Part shown: in pieces, positions 63,045 through 64,000 of the stretch | How the letters are laid out: every line of letters begins with the position of its first letter | How positions within the stretch are numbered: the stretch's first letter is position 1 | Assembly (NCBI RefSeq): GCF_006345805.1 | Contig: NC_043003.1 | Span: 29,450,001-29,514,000 of the forward strand | Reading direction: 5' to 3' | Length of the DNA stretch: 64,000 nucleotides | DNA from: Octopus sinensis | Lineage: Eukaryota | Notes under the pieces: model-generated | Seen by the model: the letters and a program-made list of their open reading frames with translations, nothing else | Databases searched by the model: none | Told to the model about the DNA's origin: nothing | Program-made: the position numbers and the translations under genes

Positions 63045-63157
63045 TTCACAACAGGGATTTTCATGACAAGGCTCTTTACAACAGGGGACTTCACAACAGG
63101 GTCTTAAAAACAGGGACCTGCACAACAGGGACTTTTATAACAGAGCCCTTCACAAGC
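63045..63157. repeat. ~15-bp minisatellite, about 8 units (ttcacaacagggact-like)
   Basis: Direct reading. Confidence 0.8.
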
Positions 63158-64000
63158 ATTTTTGCAAAGAATTTACATATGAATTGCTTCTAAACTTTTC
63201 TATAGAAAATCTCATCACAGGAAATTTTGACTTCAAACAAGACATTAAACTGCATCTTCTGGTGGAGCTCTAGCTCAGGAATTCGGAAGTTCTGTGGAGT
63301 GTGGAGTAACTCATTAGCTACTACTACTCCCAAGTTTACTCTGGCTTGAGATGGTAATAGTTGTAAAGGGCCCCATTTATGCATCAAGCAACAGAAGATG
63401 GTCCTGTAGCTGGGCATACTGAACTCAGAGGAGTGCCGACCCTTAGTTATGTATTACATTAGTCCACTAGTAAGTGGACATACACTGATGTCACATAAAC
63501 TTTTCCCCCCTGCTTCAGGGTTATATAGGTCCTGGACCTCAAAGGTAAGCTTGGAAGAATAAGAAACTAGTTGAGTGAACAGTATATAAGCCAACACAAG
63601 GCAACAGAAAACCATTATTATATCTTGCCAAAGAAAAGTCATGAGTCTCCTGCCTTTAGATGTCCATAATTACTGATCCTGTAGGTACAGAACATGAAGA
63701 GAGAAAAGAAAATGTTTATAAAGTTTTCAAACATTTTTATATTTTGATAATTTTTCTTTACATATATCCATTTATGAAACCTACGATTCCTACCAAGTTG
63801 TTTGCAGCAGTTAATTTTGTCCCTGTGTACAAATAAAAAAATTTCAAATGTCACAGAATGTAACACCTATGTTGAAACTCTGGGTGACAATCTTCACAGC
63901 TTAAATGTTTAATAAATGTTATTTCACTCTTTAGAACAATATTGAGTACTTTCTTTCACTTACAGTTTACATCAGTATCATAATACCATCAATTATATAA

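Noticed and set aside
63454-63642. Minus-strand 62-aa ORF with a hydrophobic stretch (type II membrane-like)
   Set aside because: No recognisable family, no linked exons, and it overlaps stronger plus-strand splice signals.

Overview
AT-rich, microsatellite- and transposon-dense animal genomic DNA, most likely an octopod cephalopod (inferred from the SINE/LINE repertoire; no database search was run). Positions 37-38566 hold the last nine coding exons of a + strand gene. Their splice phases chain without a break into a 411-aa C-terminal part of a long coiled-coil protein, loosely CCDC178-like from memory. Almost everything else is repeat-derived: tRNA-derived SINEs, CR1, RTE, R4/Dong and Penelope-like LINE pieces, mariner/maT relics, MITEs, Helentron-type HINEs, a solo LTR and a truncated Mag-type LTR element. 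There is also a young, compact full-length Gypsy element (58204-62412, minus strand, CATAC target-site duplication). The most unusual signal is in that Gypsy element: it has no TGG-type primer-binding site. The 12 nt abutting its 5' LTR are instead the exact complement of nt 1-12 of metazoan tRNA-Phe(GAA), which suggests priming by a cleaved 5' tRNA fragment. Other notable structures are foldback elements carrying minimal hammerhead-ribozyme motifs in host introns, one with apparently homogenised inner arms, and a young RTE LINE with a PHD finger inside its RT ORF and a 3' UTR expanded into a six-module array.
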